The notes: a model not told the origin generated them from the letters alone. A DNA stretch of 64,000 nucleotides from a bacterium (GCA_965218795.1 OZ244653.1:3136001-3200000), one strand, 5' to 3'; shown: positions 40,252 to 50,235, counted from the stretch's first letter. Translations and numbers: made by a program.

Positions 40252-41493
40252 ATGGACGAAAAACTCAAATCATTCCTGAAGCGATTGGAACGGGCCGACC
40301 TCCGCCGCTCCATCCTGCCCTTCGAAGGTCCTACCGGGCCAACCGGCCGACTGGACGGGCGGGAGTATATCGTCCTCTGCGGAAACGACTACCTGGGACT
40401 CGCGGGCGACCCCCGCTTGGCCGAGGCCGCCCACAACGCGATCGCCCGCGAAGGTTTCGGTACGGGCGCCGCTCGCCTGGTATCGGGCTCCCGCACGGCC
40501 CATCACGAGTTGGAAGAGGCCCTGGCGCGCTTCAAGCGCGCCGAGGCATGCCTGTTGTTCAATTCCGGTTACACGGCAAACGTCGGGGTCGTTCCAGCGC
40601 TCACCGGGCCCGGAGGCGTGATCTACAGCGATGCCCTCAATCACGCCTCCATCATCGACGGCGCCAGATTGAGCCGGGCCGGCGTCCGGGTGATCCGTCA
40701 CAACGACCCCGGTCATCTCGAGGAGCTGCTCTCCGGACCGGACGGCGCGTCTCCGGATGCGGATGGCGAAAGACCGGTCCGCCGGTTGATCGTCACGGAG
40801 GGGGTCTTCAGCATGGAGGGGGACCTCGCCCCGCTCGACCGCGTCGTCCCCCTGGCGCGTCGCCACGGAGCGGCCGTCATGGTCGACGACGCGCACGGGA
40901 CCGGCGTGCTGGGTGAAGGCGGCCGGGGAACGGCCAGCCGACTCGGCGTGGATTCATTGATCGACATCCAGATGGGAACCCTCGGCAAGGCCTTCGGCGC
41001 CTTCGGGGCCTATGTGTGCGGGTCCCGCGCACTGATCGATTACCTGATCAACACCTGCCGGTCGTTCATCTATTCGACCAGCCTGCCCGCGTCCGTGGCC
41101 GCGGGGGCGAGGGAAGGTCTGCGGATCGTCGAGAGCGAGCCCGACCGGATCGAGCGCCTCCACCGGAACATCGACCTCTTCCGGGAAGGGCTCCGAGCCC
41201 TCGGCTACGCCGTGCGGCCGAACCCCACCCCCATCATTCCGGTCGTTGTGGGCGACGTCCGCAAGGCCCTGGCGCTGGCCGAAGGCCTGCTTGAGCGGGG
41301 GGTGTTCGCCCGCGCCATCCGCCCGCCCACGGTCCCCCAGGGAACCGCCCGCGTCCGCGTAACGGTCTCCTCCGCCCACCAAACCAGTCATTTGGAACGG
41401 GCCCTGGACGCCTTCGAGCAGGCCGGGCGGACCCTCGGCCTGTTGGCCTCGCCGGTCTCCTCAGCCGCTCCGTCCGGTCAGCAGGATGGCTGA
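40252..41493 (+). CDS. bioF: 8-amino-7-oxononanoate synthase
   Basis: GNDYLGL, NSGYTAN, LNHASIIDG, EGVFSMEGD, DDAHG, GTLGKAFG, AIRPPTVP. Confidence 0.95.
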   Translation: MDEKLKSFLKRLERADLRRSILPFEGPTGPTGRLDGREYIVLCGNDYLGLAGDPRLAEAAHNAIAREGFGTGAARLVSGSRTAHHELEEALARFKRAEACLLFNSGYTANVGVVPALTGPGGVIYSDALNHASIIDGARLSRAGVRVIRHNDPGHLEELLSGPDGASPDADGERPVRRLIVTEGVFSMEGDLAPLDRVVPLARRHGAAVMVDDAHGTGVLGEGGRGTASRLGVDSLIDIQMGTLGKAFGAFGAYVCGSRALIDYLINTCRSFIYSTSLPASVAAGAREGLRIVESEPDRIERLHRNIDLFREGLRALGYAVRPNPTPIIPVVVGDVRKALALAEGLLERGVFARAIRPPTVPQGTARVRVTVSSAHQTSHLERALDAFEQAGRTLGLLASPVSSAAPSGQQDG

Positions 41494-42850
41494 CTCCGAA
41501 ATCTCCTATCGCCGGACCGATCTCCGGCATCTGTGGCACCCGTTCACCCAGATGCGGGAGTGGGAGCGCGAGGACTTTCCCGTCATCGTCCGCGGCGAAG
41601 GGATTGAGCTGATCGACGAAGCGGGCAGGCGCTACATCGACGGGGTTTCCTCCCTCTGGTGCAACGTCCACGGCCACGGCCACCCGAAGATCCTCGATGC
41701 CATCCGACGCCAGGCCGCGGAACTCGATCACTCCACCCTTCTGGGGCTCGCCCATCCGCCCGCCATTCGCCTCGCCGAAATGCTCGTAAACCTCGCGCCG
41801 GACGGATTGACGCGGGTCTTCTACTCGGACAGCGGCGCCACGGCCGTGGAGGTCGCCCTGAAGATCGCCTTCCAGTACCAGTCCCAACGGACGCCGACCC
41901 GACCCGAAAAGAAAAAGTTCATCGCCCTGAAAGAGGCCTATCACGGCGATACCATCGGAGCGGTGAGCGTGGGCGGCATCGACCTTTTCCACGAGATCTA
42001 CCGGCCCCTGCTTTTTGAGACCATCCAGGTGGACTCGCCAAACGCCTACCGCCGGCCGGCGGACGTGGATCGCAAGGAGTGGGAAGAGGGCTGCATCCTG
42101 GCAATGGAGGAGACCGTCCGCCGACACGCCGACGAGACCTCGGCCTTTATCATCGAGCCGATGATTCAAGGCGCGGGCGGGATGATCACCGCGCCCAAAG
42201 GCTACCTGCGGCGGGTCCGCCGGGTCTGCGACGAGTGCGACGTCCTGCTCATCGCCGATGAGGTCGCGACGGGGTTCGGCCGAACGGGGAAGATGTGGGC
42301 CTGCGATCACGAGGGCGTCACGCCGGACCTCATGGCCGTCGCCAAAGGGATCACCGGAGGCGTCCTTCCCCTCGCCGCCACGCTTGCCAAAGAAGAGATC
42401 TACGACGCCTTCCTGGGCGATTACGCCTCGATGCGGACCTTCTTTCACGGCCACACGTATACGGGCAACCCCATAGCCTGCGCCGCCGCCATCGCCAACC
42501 TGGAAATCTTCGAGGAGGAGAAAACCCTCGAGAAGCTGCCGGGGAAAATCGACCTGCTTGCCGAAGAGCTCGACCGGATGCGGTCACATCCGCACGTGGG
42601 CGATGTCCGGCAGTACGGCCTCATGGCCGGGATCGAGCTGGTCGCCGACAAGGAGTCGAAGGAGCCACACCCATTTGAGCAGCGCATCGGACACAAGGTG
42701 ACGCTGGAGGCGAGGGAGCGCGGTCTCATCCTCCGCCCGCTCGGAAACGTCGTCGTCCTCATGCCGCCTCTCTCCACTCCGGATGAGGCGGTGAGAGAGA
42801 TTGTCCGAATGACATTTGAAAGTATCGAGGCCGCGATCGGGGAATCGTAA
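41486..42850 (+). CDS. bioA: adenosylmethionine-8-amino-7-oxononanoate transaminase
   Basis: LWHPFTQM, SSLWCNVHG, YSDSGATAVEVALK, YHGDT, DEVATGFGRTG, AKGITGG, HGHTYTGN. Confidence 0.96.
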   Translation: MADSEISYRRTDLRHLWHPFTQMREWEREDFPVIVRGEGIELIDEAGRRYIDGVSSLWCNVHGHGHPKILDAIRRQAAELDHSTLLGLAHPPAIRLAEMLVNLAPDGLTRVFYSDSGATAVEVALKIAFQYQSQRTPTRPEKKKFIALKEAYHGDTIGAVSVGGIDLFHEIYRPLLFETIQVDSPNAYRRPADVDRKEWEEGCILAMEETVRRHADETSAFIIEPMIQGAGGMITAPKGYLRRVRRVCDECDVLLIADEVATGFGRTGKMWACDHEGVTPDLMAVAKGITGGVLPLAATLAKEEIYDAFLGDYASMRTFFHGHTYTGNPIACAAAIANLEIFEEEKTLEKLPGKIDLLAEELDRMRSHPHVGDVRQYGLMAGIELVADKESKEPHPFEQRIGHKVTLEARERGLILRPLGNVVVLMPPLSTPDEAVREIVRMTFESIEAAIGES

Positions 42851-43196
42851 TCTATCAGGTGCGGCCTCATGATAGACTCTCTCCTTCTATCGAATGCAAG
42901 CGGCATTCAACCCGAACGAAGGGAATATCCCGACGACGGCTGAAGAAGAAAGCAAGAAGCGTGCAGAGATGATCGCGAAAACCGTGGACGTTCGGAACCG
43001 GCAATCCGGGGCAATCATCGCCAAGGCATGGACCGAATGAAGACTTCAATGAGGCTTTTTTTATCCCGGCATGAAACCCTCCTGATGACCGTCAGGCTGT
43101 AACCGTATCGCGAATGCGCTTAGCGAACGGCCCGACGAGGCGACCCGGGCCGGTCCCGACCATCCTCTCCGGAACTGACCCCCTCAGGAGGCCATC

Positions 43197-44036
43197 GTGG
43201 CGCACAAAGGATTCATCCAGCCGAGGTATCTCATCACGCCCGGCGAGCTCGGCGGCCGGCTGGGCGAGGTGACGCTCATCGACGTCCGGCCCGGAGAGGA
43301 TTATGCCAACGGCCACATCGAAACCGCCCTTCATTTCGATTTCTACGGCATCAGCCTGAACGACACGTCCGAAGCTCCGCTGAACGCCTTTCTGTGGATG
43401 GTCGAGAACCTGTTCGGGTTTCACGGGGCGGCCAGGGACAAAACGGTCGTCTTCTACGACCATGAGTCCGGCGAGCGCGCGGCGCGCGGCGTCTGGCTGC
43501 TCGAAGTGTTCGACCACCCGGACGCGAAGCTCCTGGACGGGGGCCTCCAGGCCTGGGAGGCGGCGGGCCATCCCCTCACGACCGAAGCCGCAGGCGTCGA
43601 GCGGGTCAGCTTCGAGGAGAACCCCCGCCGGATGGACCGCTTGGCGACGCGGTTCGACATGCGCGCGGCTATCGACAACCCGGACATCATCCTGCTCGAT
43701 ACCCGGCGGGAATCCGAATACATCGGGACGGAAAAGCGGGCCCGGCGGGTCGGGACGATACCGGGTTCTGTCCACATCTTCTGGCGGGAGCATCTGGATG
43801 AGAATGGAGCCTACCGGCCAGCCGATGAAATCCGGTCGCTCTATGAATCCAGGGGCGTCACGCCCGACAAGATCATTCTCCCTTACTGCCAGGGCGGGTA
43901 TCGATCGGCGAATACGTATCTTGCCCTGAAGATGCTGGGGTACCCCAACGTGAAAAATTATCTCGGGTCATGGTGGGAGTGGGGGAACCGCGACGATTCG
44001 GTCATCGCCCTTCCGCCAAAAGACTCATCACAATGA
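43197..44036 (+). CDS. tandem rhodanese sulfurtransferase (SseA/TST-like)
   Basis: DVR..Y..GHI, LLDGG, DTR..EY.G, GTIPGS, catalytic loop YCQGGYRS, YLGSWWEW; AGGAGG RBS. Confidence 0.92.
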   Translation: MAHKGFIQPRYLITPGELGGRLGEVTLIDVRPGEDYANGHIETALHFDFYGISLNDTSEAPLNAFLWMVENLFGFHGAARDKTVVFYDHESGERAARGVWLLEVFDHPDAKLLDGGLQAWEAAGHPLTTEAAGVERVSFEENPRRMDRLATRFDMRAAIDNPDIILLDTRRESEYIGTEKRARRVGTIPGSVHIFWREHLDENGAYRPADEIRSLYESRGVTPDKIILPYCQGGYRSANTYLALKMLGYPNVKNYLGSWWEWGNRDDSVIALPPKDSSQ

Positions 44037-44094
44037 GTTTGCAAAGGCAAAAAGGGGAGAGGTTGGTTTTTCAGGTCCCGGGCGGCGGTGCTCG

Positions 44095-44892
44095 TTGAGT
44101 GCCGCGGATTCGCAAAGACACGTTGCCTCCAGAATGTCTCCCCAGCGAATATCGATGTTCATCATCGGAACGGATACCGGCGTCGGGAAGACACTCGTTA
44201 CGGGCGGTTTGGCGGGCGCGTTTCGGGAGCGGGGTTATCGCGTCGGGAACATGAAGCCGGCGGAAACGGGGTGCCGGGAGGAGGACGGCGGACTCGTACC
44301 GGAAGACGCCCTGTTCGTCAGACGGCTTTCGGGCTGCGAGAGTCCGCTGGAAGCGATCTGTCCCTACCGGTTTCGGGAGCCCCTCGCCCCGTCGGTCGCC
44401 GCCGGCCGGGAAGGGAAATCCATCGACCCGGAGAAGATCCTCTCGGCCTTCGAGGAAATCCGGTCAGGGCACGACGTGACGTTGATCGAGGGGATCGGCG
44501 GATTCCACGTTCCCATCACACAGGATTTCCGGGTTTCGGAAATGGCAGAACGGCTCGGGCTGCCGATTCTCGTCGTGGCCCGCCTGGGATTGGGAACCCT
44601 GAACCACACGCTGCTGACCCTGGAGGCGGCCGCCAAGCGCAGTCTCCACGTACTCGGCGTTGTCCTCAATACCGTCACCCCGCCCCTGTCGATCGCGGAG
44701 AAAACCAACCCGACCGCCCTGGGTTCGCTGACGGACGTTCCCCTCCTCGGCGTTCTGCCACACCTGCCCGCCGGGCGGGAAGGAATGCCCGACCCCGAAT
44801 CGCTGATCGACTCAGTGGAAAAACACCTGGACGTGCAGGTCGTCGAGGCGGCCCTCGGACTCAGTGCTGAAAAACGATTTCGACGCCCGTGA
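44095..44892 (+). CDS. bioD: dethiobiotin synthase (start uncertain, alternative ATG at 44134)
   Basis: GTDTGVGKT, MKPAETG, EPLAP, IEGIGG, LGTLNHTLLT. Confidence 0.94.
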   Translation: MSAADSQRHVASRMSPQRISMFIIGTDTGVGKTLVTGGLAGAFRERGYRVGNMKPAETGCREEDGGLVPEDALFVRRLSGCESPLEAICPYRFREPLAPSVAAGREGKSIDPEKILSAFEEIRSGHDVTLIEGIGGFHVPITQDFRVSEMAERLGLPILVVARLGLGTLNHTLLTLEAAAKRSLHVLGVVLNTVTPPLSIAEKTNPTALGSLTDVPLLGVLPHLPAGREGMPDPESLIDSVEKHLDVQVVEAALGLSAEKRFRRP

Positions 44893-45109
44893 TTCAGCCT
44901 CCCATGTCATGCTGCGCGAGGGGTCATCGACCCAAGGTCATCGACCCTCGCGAAGGATCTTCCTCAACTCGGGGGGCGTCCTCCAAAGCAAAGCGTTTCG
45001 CGCTTTCAGGGATGGCGGCGCGTAAGGTCCAACCCTTGCGCAATAAGGTGAACCATCGATTTTTTCCCCGCAGCCTCTCAAAACGGAAATCCGGGCGCGT
45101 TCTGATCAG

Positions 45110-45931
45110 TCACAAGTCGTTGCGAAATACGCAAGGCCGTCCCACTCCTTTTTCCACGGCCCAATCGTACGCCCATTTCCCCACCGCGGCGTCCCACATC
45201 CCCATGCCCTGTGACGGGCAAAGCGTGATCTCGTCCTTCTCCCGGCGGCCCGGATCCTTGCCCGCGATCACGTCGCAGAGATCCACGACGTCCTCATCCT
45301 TCAGGTCGCCTGAAGCCTTCAGGCTCCCATAGGGCTCCATCGGGGGGGGGGGGGGTCGCAGAGGATCTGCTCCTTCCAGACGGGAAAGACTCTGGATCGC
45401 CGGACCGTTTCCCCGTCGATCTCGCCGCGGGCCACTTGCGTGACGTGCGTTCCGGGCTCGAGCCATTCCCCCTGGAAGACCGGCCTTCCGGCGTTCGTGC
45501 AAGTGACGACGATATCGCATCCCCTGACGGCGTCCTCAGGGGCGTCCACGGGTATCACGGACTGGGCGATTTCTCTGGAGAGCCTGGACACAAGGGCGTC
45601 CCGCCTGGAAGGCGTCCGCCCGCAGAGCCGGACCTCCCGTATACCGGGCCGCTCGTTCAGCACCGCGTTGATCTGCGCGCTAGCGTGCCGTCCGGCGCCG
45701 AAGAATCCCAGAACGTGGAATCCTTACGGGAGAGATAGCGGACCGACAGGGCCGTCGGTGCGACGGTCCTCGCGTTCATCAGCAGGTAATGACTCATGAT
45801 GGCGAGAAGCTTCATCCCGCTCATTGAGGATGAGCGTGGGTTCTCCTTCCCGGGGCTCACTTTGTGATCGAATCACCCGATGGACTCCGAAGGAACCGAA
45901 ATGGGGGAAGGGGAATAGATATGGGTTTCAC
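45110..45931 (-). pseudogene. ornithine cyclodeaminase / mu-crystallin family gene, frameshifted and N-terminally degraded
   Basis: Three frames join: NARTVAPTALSVRYLSRKDS | VLGFFGAGRHASAQ...CDIVVTCT...GEWLEPGTHV | ...DVIAGKDPGRREKDEITL..SQGMGMWDAA; shifts near 45715 and at a 14-nt G tract (45342-45355). Confidence 0.8.
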
Positions 45932-47617
45932 CTAGCGCCGCCTGCCCAGAAGCTCCTGTTCGAGCAGGTTGATCAATTCCGCCGCCAGCTGGGACATGTC
46001 CTCAACAACGACGTGGTTGGGATAGATCTCCCGCACGTAAGCGTCCTCGATTCCCACGGCGATGATCCGGAAACCCCGCCGCTCGAGCTCTTCCACCGCA
46101 TCGATCAGATTGCGCACGTTGCCGTTGGGCTGTCCGTCCGAAATGATGATGATCGCCTTGACGTTCTCGGGCCTTCTCGCCAGTCGCCGCGCCGCGAATG
46201 CCAGATGCTCCTCGTCCCAGTTGTTGAACCGGGGAGCGATGTGGACGAGCCGTGTCCGGACGGTCCGGTAGGCATCCTCGAAGGTCTTGTAGAGGCGGTG
46301 TTCCAGCCGGCTGTGCCGGATGTGCCGAAACTGGAAGACCGGCACGTGGCCGTAGTTGTGGGCCATGACGGCTTCGGAAGCCTGGGTGGAATACCCGATG
46401 ATCTCGAAGGGGACGGAGATCCCTTCCAGGGCCTCGGCACAAAGGACCGACGCTTGGCGGGCCACCAGAAACTTCTTCTTGCGGTTCATGCTGCCGCTTT
46501 CGTCCACCAGCAGCGTGAAGGCCACATCCAGCCGGTCGGGTTCGACCCTCCTCTGGAACAGGCGGAAGTTCCCCGTCCGCTGTTTCCAGACCTTGGCCAG
46601 ATTCAGCCTGCCCGAGCGATAAGACCCGGCGTAGCGCACGTACTGCCGCTCGCGGATCATTCGCTGGAGGCGGCGGATCATGACCAACACTTCATGGCTC
46701 GATTCGGCGAGGACCTCCAGGTACTCCTCGAGGCTCCCGTCCGGCGGAATCAACCAGGTCCGCTCATCCGGGGCCATCGCGTCCGGGTGGATCTCCTTCG
46801 TCTTCGCGTTCCGGTCCAGCCAAGGGGCCCCGCCGAAGGCCAGGTTCGCCATATCCTCCCACTGGAGGGAAGCCCAGGCGTCCTGCTCCTCGCCCTCCGC
46901 CTCGCCGGCCTCCTCGGCTTCGCCCTCCGCCTCGATCCGGATATGCTCCTGGGCATCGGAATCCCCGTCCACGTCAGGCCCCCGGGTGAACTCCTCCTCC
47001 GGCAGTTCCAGGATCGGAGAGCAGGAACAGAGGATTTCCAACGCGGTATCCGCGGCTTCCTCCGGCGTTTCACAGGCCACGCCGCGCTTCACCAACGGCC
47101 CGATGACGCCCATAGCCAGCCGTATGTCTTCATCCAGGCGCACCGCCCCCGTCCCCCGGCCTGTCTCATAGATCCCCCAGGCCAGCCGGACCAGCAGATG
47201 AAGACCCCCGCCTTCCGTCTCCCGGCAGGCGTCGTTTTCGGCGCGTGAAACGAGAAAAAGCTCGGCGCCCGGGTATCTCTTCAGGAAGGCGTTCTCCGCC
47301 CTGGCGTCTTCCAGAGCGTGCCAAAGGAGATGGAGCGCCGCCCCTTCGGCGGGACGGAAACCGGCCGACAGTTCGGCGATCCGCCGGCTTCCCCGAAGGC
47401 TTTCAGCCGTCAGATGGGCCGCCTCATGAAGGGTCTCTCCCCGCTCGGTGAGAGAATCCCTTCCGGGCTGAATGCTCACCCGGTCTCCGTCGTTTCCGTG
47501 ACCGGGGCCGAATTCGAGTTTCAGGCCGAACCGGTGGGACGTGAGCTGGGCCAGGCGCTCCCATCGGAGCCGGCGGATGTTTTGAATATCGGATGACGGC
47601 GACTTTGAAGGAACCAC
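45932..47617 (-). CDS. von Willebrand factor A domain protein (NorD/CbbO/CobT-like architecture)
   Basis: N-terminal HEAAH and ALEDARAE, acidic linker, SGRLN, MIDAS LLVDESGSM, IISDGQP. Confidence 0.85.
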   Translation of the reverse strand: MVPSKSPSSDIQNIRRLRWERLAQLTSHRFGLKLEFGPGHGNDGDRVSIQPGRDSLTERGETLHEAAHLTAESLRGSRRIAELSAGFRPAEGAALHLLWHALEDARAENAFLKRYPGAELFLVSRAENDACRETEGGGLHLLVRLAWGIYETGRGTGAVRLDEDIRLAMGVIGPLVKRGVACETPEEAADTALEILCSCSPILELPEEEFTRGPDVDGDSDAQEHIRIEAEGEAEEAGEAEGEEQDAWASLQWEDMANLAFGGAPWLDRNAKTKEIHPDAMAPDERTWLIPPDGSLEEYLEVLAESSHEVLVMIRRLQRMIRERQYVRYAGSYRSGRLNLAKVWKQRTGNFRLFQRRVEPDRLDVAFTLLVDESGSMNRKKKFLVARQASVLCAEALEGISVPFEIIGYSTQASEAVMAHNYGHVPVFQFRHIRHSRLEHRLYKTFEDAYRTVRTRLVHIAPRFNNWDEEHLAFAARRLARRPENVKAIIIISDGQPNGNVRNLIDAVEELERRGFRIIAVGIEDAYVREIYPNHVVVEDMSQLAAELINLLEQELLGRRR

Positions 47618-47654
47618 GGAAGATCATCCGGGGATGGAGGGCGTCGAACGCTCT

Positions 47655-48563
47655 CTATTTGGACTTCGCCGGCTTCTTGGCGGGACCGAAATAGTTGTCG
47701 ACCATATCCTGAATGACCTGCGCGTCAAAGGGGGGAACCTTGCTGATAAGGGTATGCCGGGCGGCCTCCTGTGGGCCGAACTGCATGGCCATCCGGGCCC
47801 AGTCGATGACCCGTCGGGTGCTGCATGACCCGAAAAGCTTCTCTTCGGATATAGCGGCCCGCAGATCTCCCGCGCACCGGACCATCTTTCGTACCGATTC
47901 CCGGTCCGGATGTCCGCTCTGAACGGCGACGGCCTCCACTTCCGCGTCCTCCAAAAGATAGCTCATTCGGATCGTCATGGGAAAGCGGTCCAGCAGGGCC
48001 TCGTTCAGAGGTTTGGTGCCTCCGTACTTGCGCTCCTCTGAGGGATTCATCGTGGCGAAGAGGCGAAAATTCGGATGGGGACGGATCACGCGGCCGTCGT
48101 ATTCGGTCAGGACGATCATCCGGTCGTCATCGAGCAGGGAGTGGAGACAAAAGGCGATCTCCGGAAGACAGGCGTTGATCTCGTCGATGAGAAGCCAGTC
48201 GCCCGCCTGCATGGCCTGAACCAGAACGCCGTCCGACCAGTACGTCCCGGCCTCGTTGATCATGAGTTTGCCGACGAATTCATCCACCGTCGTCATCCCG
48301 TTCAGGTTGACGCGGCGAAGTCCGTTGTGGGTCTCGTGAGCCAGATGCCGGATGGCGAGGGTCTTACCGACCCCCGTCTCCCCGATCAGCAGGACGGGGA
48401 GCCGGCGGCCGACCGCCCACATGATCTTTTCCAGCGCGCCGTCGGCCGGAATGTAGAACTGGGGGGGCGGCACGAATTCGCTCGACCCTTCCTGACGGAC
48501 GGGGAGCTCCACGGAGCCGTACGAAAAAACCGCTTCTGAACGCGCTGCTTTCGGACGGGTCAT
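47655..48563 (-). CDS. MoxR-type AAA+ ATPase, CbbQ/NirQ/NorQ/GpvN-like
   Basis: Walker A GETGVGKT, Walker B LLIDEIN, ATMNP, ALLDRF, C-terminal STRR. Confidence 0.9.
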   Translation of the reverse strand: MTRPKAARSEAVFSYGSVELPVRQEGSSEFVPPPQFYIPADGALEKIMWAVGRRLPVLLIGETGVGKTLAIRHLAHETHNGLRRVNLNGMTTVDEFVGKLMINEAGTYWSDGVLVQAMQAGDWLLIDEINACLPEIAFCLHSLLDDDRMIVLTEYDGRVIRPHPNFRLFATMNPSEERKYGGTKPLNEALLDRFPMTIRMSYLLEDAEVEAVAVQSGHPDRESVRKMVRCAGDLRAAISEEKLFGSCSTRRVIDWARMAMQFGPQEAARHTLISKVPPFDAQVIQDMVDNYFGPAKKPAKSK

Positions 48564-48580
48564 TCAGACAATCAGGCGGA

Positions 48581-49396
48581 TCAGCCGGCCACGCCCTTCT
48601 TCGCCGTCAAAAACATGAGGATCGCTTCCAGGACGCCGCCCCCGATGGCACGCGCCTTATCGGATATGGTGAAACAGTGCTCTCTGCGGCATCGGGGATC
48701 GACATCCGCCACCTTGAAGCCTCCGGTCACGGAGAGCCCGTCCCGCAACAGGCCGCGCAGTATGCCGTCGATCCGGGTCACGACCGGCAGGCCAGCGACC
48801 TCGGCCACCGTCTCTCCGGCCTGAACCTGGTCTCCAATTCGCCGAACGCCTCGGAAGAGGCCTTCGCCGGGGGCGCGGAGCACCCGTTCATCGGTTTTTC
48901 CGCCCACGCTGCCCGGCACGCCGGTATTGGGCTCGGCCGCACCCTCGAGGATCAATCGGGCGAGGTCGTGACCCCGGTTGGTTTCGATCACCACGTCCAC
49001 GTCTTCGCCGGCGGAAAATCCCGGCCCCAGACCAATGACCACATCGGCCATTCCTCGCCGTGTACCCAGATTTTTCTTGGCCAGGATGGCATCGACCAGC
49101 GCAAACGGATTCAGCCGCTCCGTGATACCCGCCTCCGGGTCGGCAATAATGGGAACCATGCCCTCCTGGCAGATTTGCAGCGCCTGGTCCGGGGAATCCG
49201 CCCTTCGCGCAGTCATTCCCTCGACTGTCGCCTCTCCCCGCCATATGGCTTCGGCGAATGCGACCGTACGACGGATAACGGTCGGATTGTCAATATCGGT
49301 GGCGATAACCGGAAAGCCGGAACGAACCAGCCGGTGAATGACACCGGTGGCCAGGTCTCCCGCCCCTCTCACGACAACGAAGGTGTCTTCAAACAC
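48581..49396 (-). CDS. yqeB: selenium-dependent molybdenum hydroxylase system protein, YqeB/EF2563 family (short form without XdhC part)
   Basis: VRGAGDLATG, IRRTVAF, DAILAKKNLGT, GLGPGF, ETNRGH.L.R, PNTGVPG, ERVLRAP, DVDPR, ISDKARAIGGGVLEA. Confidence 0.92.
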   Translation of the reverse strand: MFEDTFVVVRGAGDLATGVIHRLVRSGFPVIATDIDNPTVIRRTVAFAEAIWRGEATVEGMTARRADSPDQALQICQEGMVPIIADPEAGITERLNPFALVDAILAKKNLGTRRGMADVVIGLGPGFSAGEDVDVVIETNRGHDLARLILEGAAEPNTGVPGSVGGKTDERVLRAPGEGLFRGVRRIGDQVQAGETVAEVAGLPVVTRIDGILRGLLRDGLSVTGGFKVADVDPRCRREHCFTISDKARAIGGGVLEAILMFLTAKKGVAG

Positions 49397-49618
49397 GCAA
49401 ACTCTCCTGCTGAATCGAATAGACCTGGAAAGCGAATGAAATCATATCATTGCAAGAAGATTCACTGCAATTGATTGAATCATTTATATATAGTCTGTAT
49501 ACAGAATAGCTCACAATTGCAAATTGAGCATTATTCAGGAAGGGCTCGGAACGCGGGGAGGGTTTCCAATCCTTCCAAGTCATCGCAACGGAAGGTCGTT
49601 CCATTGGGTGCGCAGAAG

Positions 49619-50110
49619 GTGAGACTGCCCGTACACATAAGGGAAATGCGGGATTCCGACATGAACGACGTCATGGCGATCGAAGCGGAGGCTTTTTCCG
49701 TTCCCTGGATCCGCGACCATTTTCTTCAAGAACTCGACCTGCCGGGGATCTCCAACCTGCTCGTGGCGGAAGCTGAAGGTTCATCCGGCACGATGGCCGG
49801 CTACGCTTGCTATTCCCTCATCGTGGACGAAGCGCACATCACGAATTTCGTCGTCCGGGACATCTATCGGCGAAAGGGGATCGGAGAACAGCTCCTGCAC
49901 CATCTGCTTGACCGGGCGACCCGCCAGGGGGCCCGGTGCGCGACCCTCGAGGTTCGGTTGTCCAATCAGGCCGCCCGCTGGCTCTACGAAAAATTCGGTT
50001 TTGCCCCGGCCGGTATCCGCAGAGATTATTATCCGGACAACAAAGAAGATGCCCTGGTGATGTGGGCCAATCTTTCGAAAGAGGCCTTTGACACATGTTC
50101 TACCGGTTGA
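49619..50110 (+). CDS. rimI: ribosomal protein S18 alanine N-acetyltransferase
   Basis: IE..AFSVPW, EAHITN, RRKGIG, TLEVRLSN..A..LYEKFGF...GIRRDYY....EDALVM; GTG start inferred. Confidence 0.9.
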   Translation: MRLPVHIREMRDSDMNDVMAIEAEAFSVPWIRDHFLQELDLPGISNLLVAEAEGSSGTMAGYACYSLIVDEAHITNFVVRDIYRRKGIGEQLLHHLLDRATRQGARCATLEVRLSNQAARWLYEKFGFAPAGIRRDYYPDNKEDALVMWANLSKEAFDTCSTG

Positions 50111-50235
50111 ACCCTTTCCTGACCTATGGTTAAGTAGAAATGGGAAGATGTGTTCTTGTCCGAGTCTTTGATTGGCTTGAAGCCCGGGAGTGGGCACAGT
50201 TGTCATGGACCAGCCGCTGAAAGCGTTGATCACCG

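Noticed and set aside
42851-43196. Riboswitch or T-box ahead of the sulfurtransferase
   Set aside because: A U-run exists near 43057 but no convincing hairpin and no SAM, T-box or Moco consensus could be identified by eye
49478-49507. ModE-like box upstream of yqeB (TATATA...TATACA)
   Set aside because: Half-site spacing is one base off the TATAT-N7-TAYAT consensus and the flanking CG pairs are missing; the region is simply AT-rich
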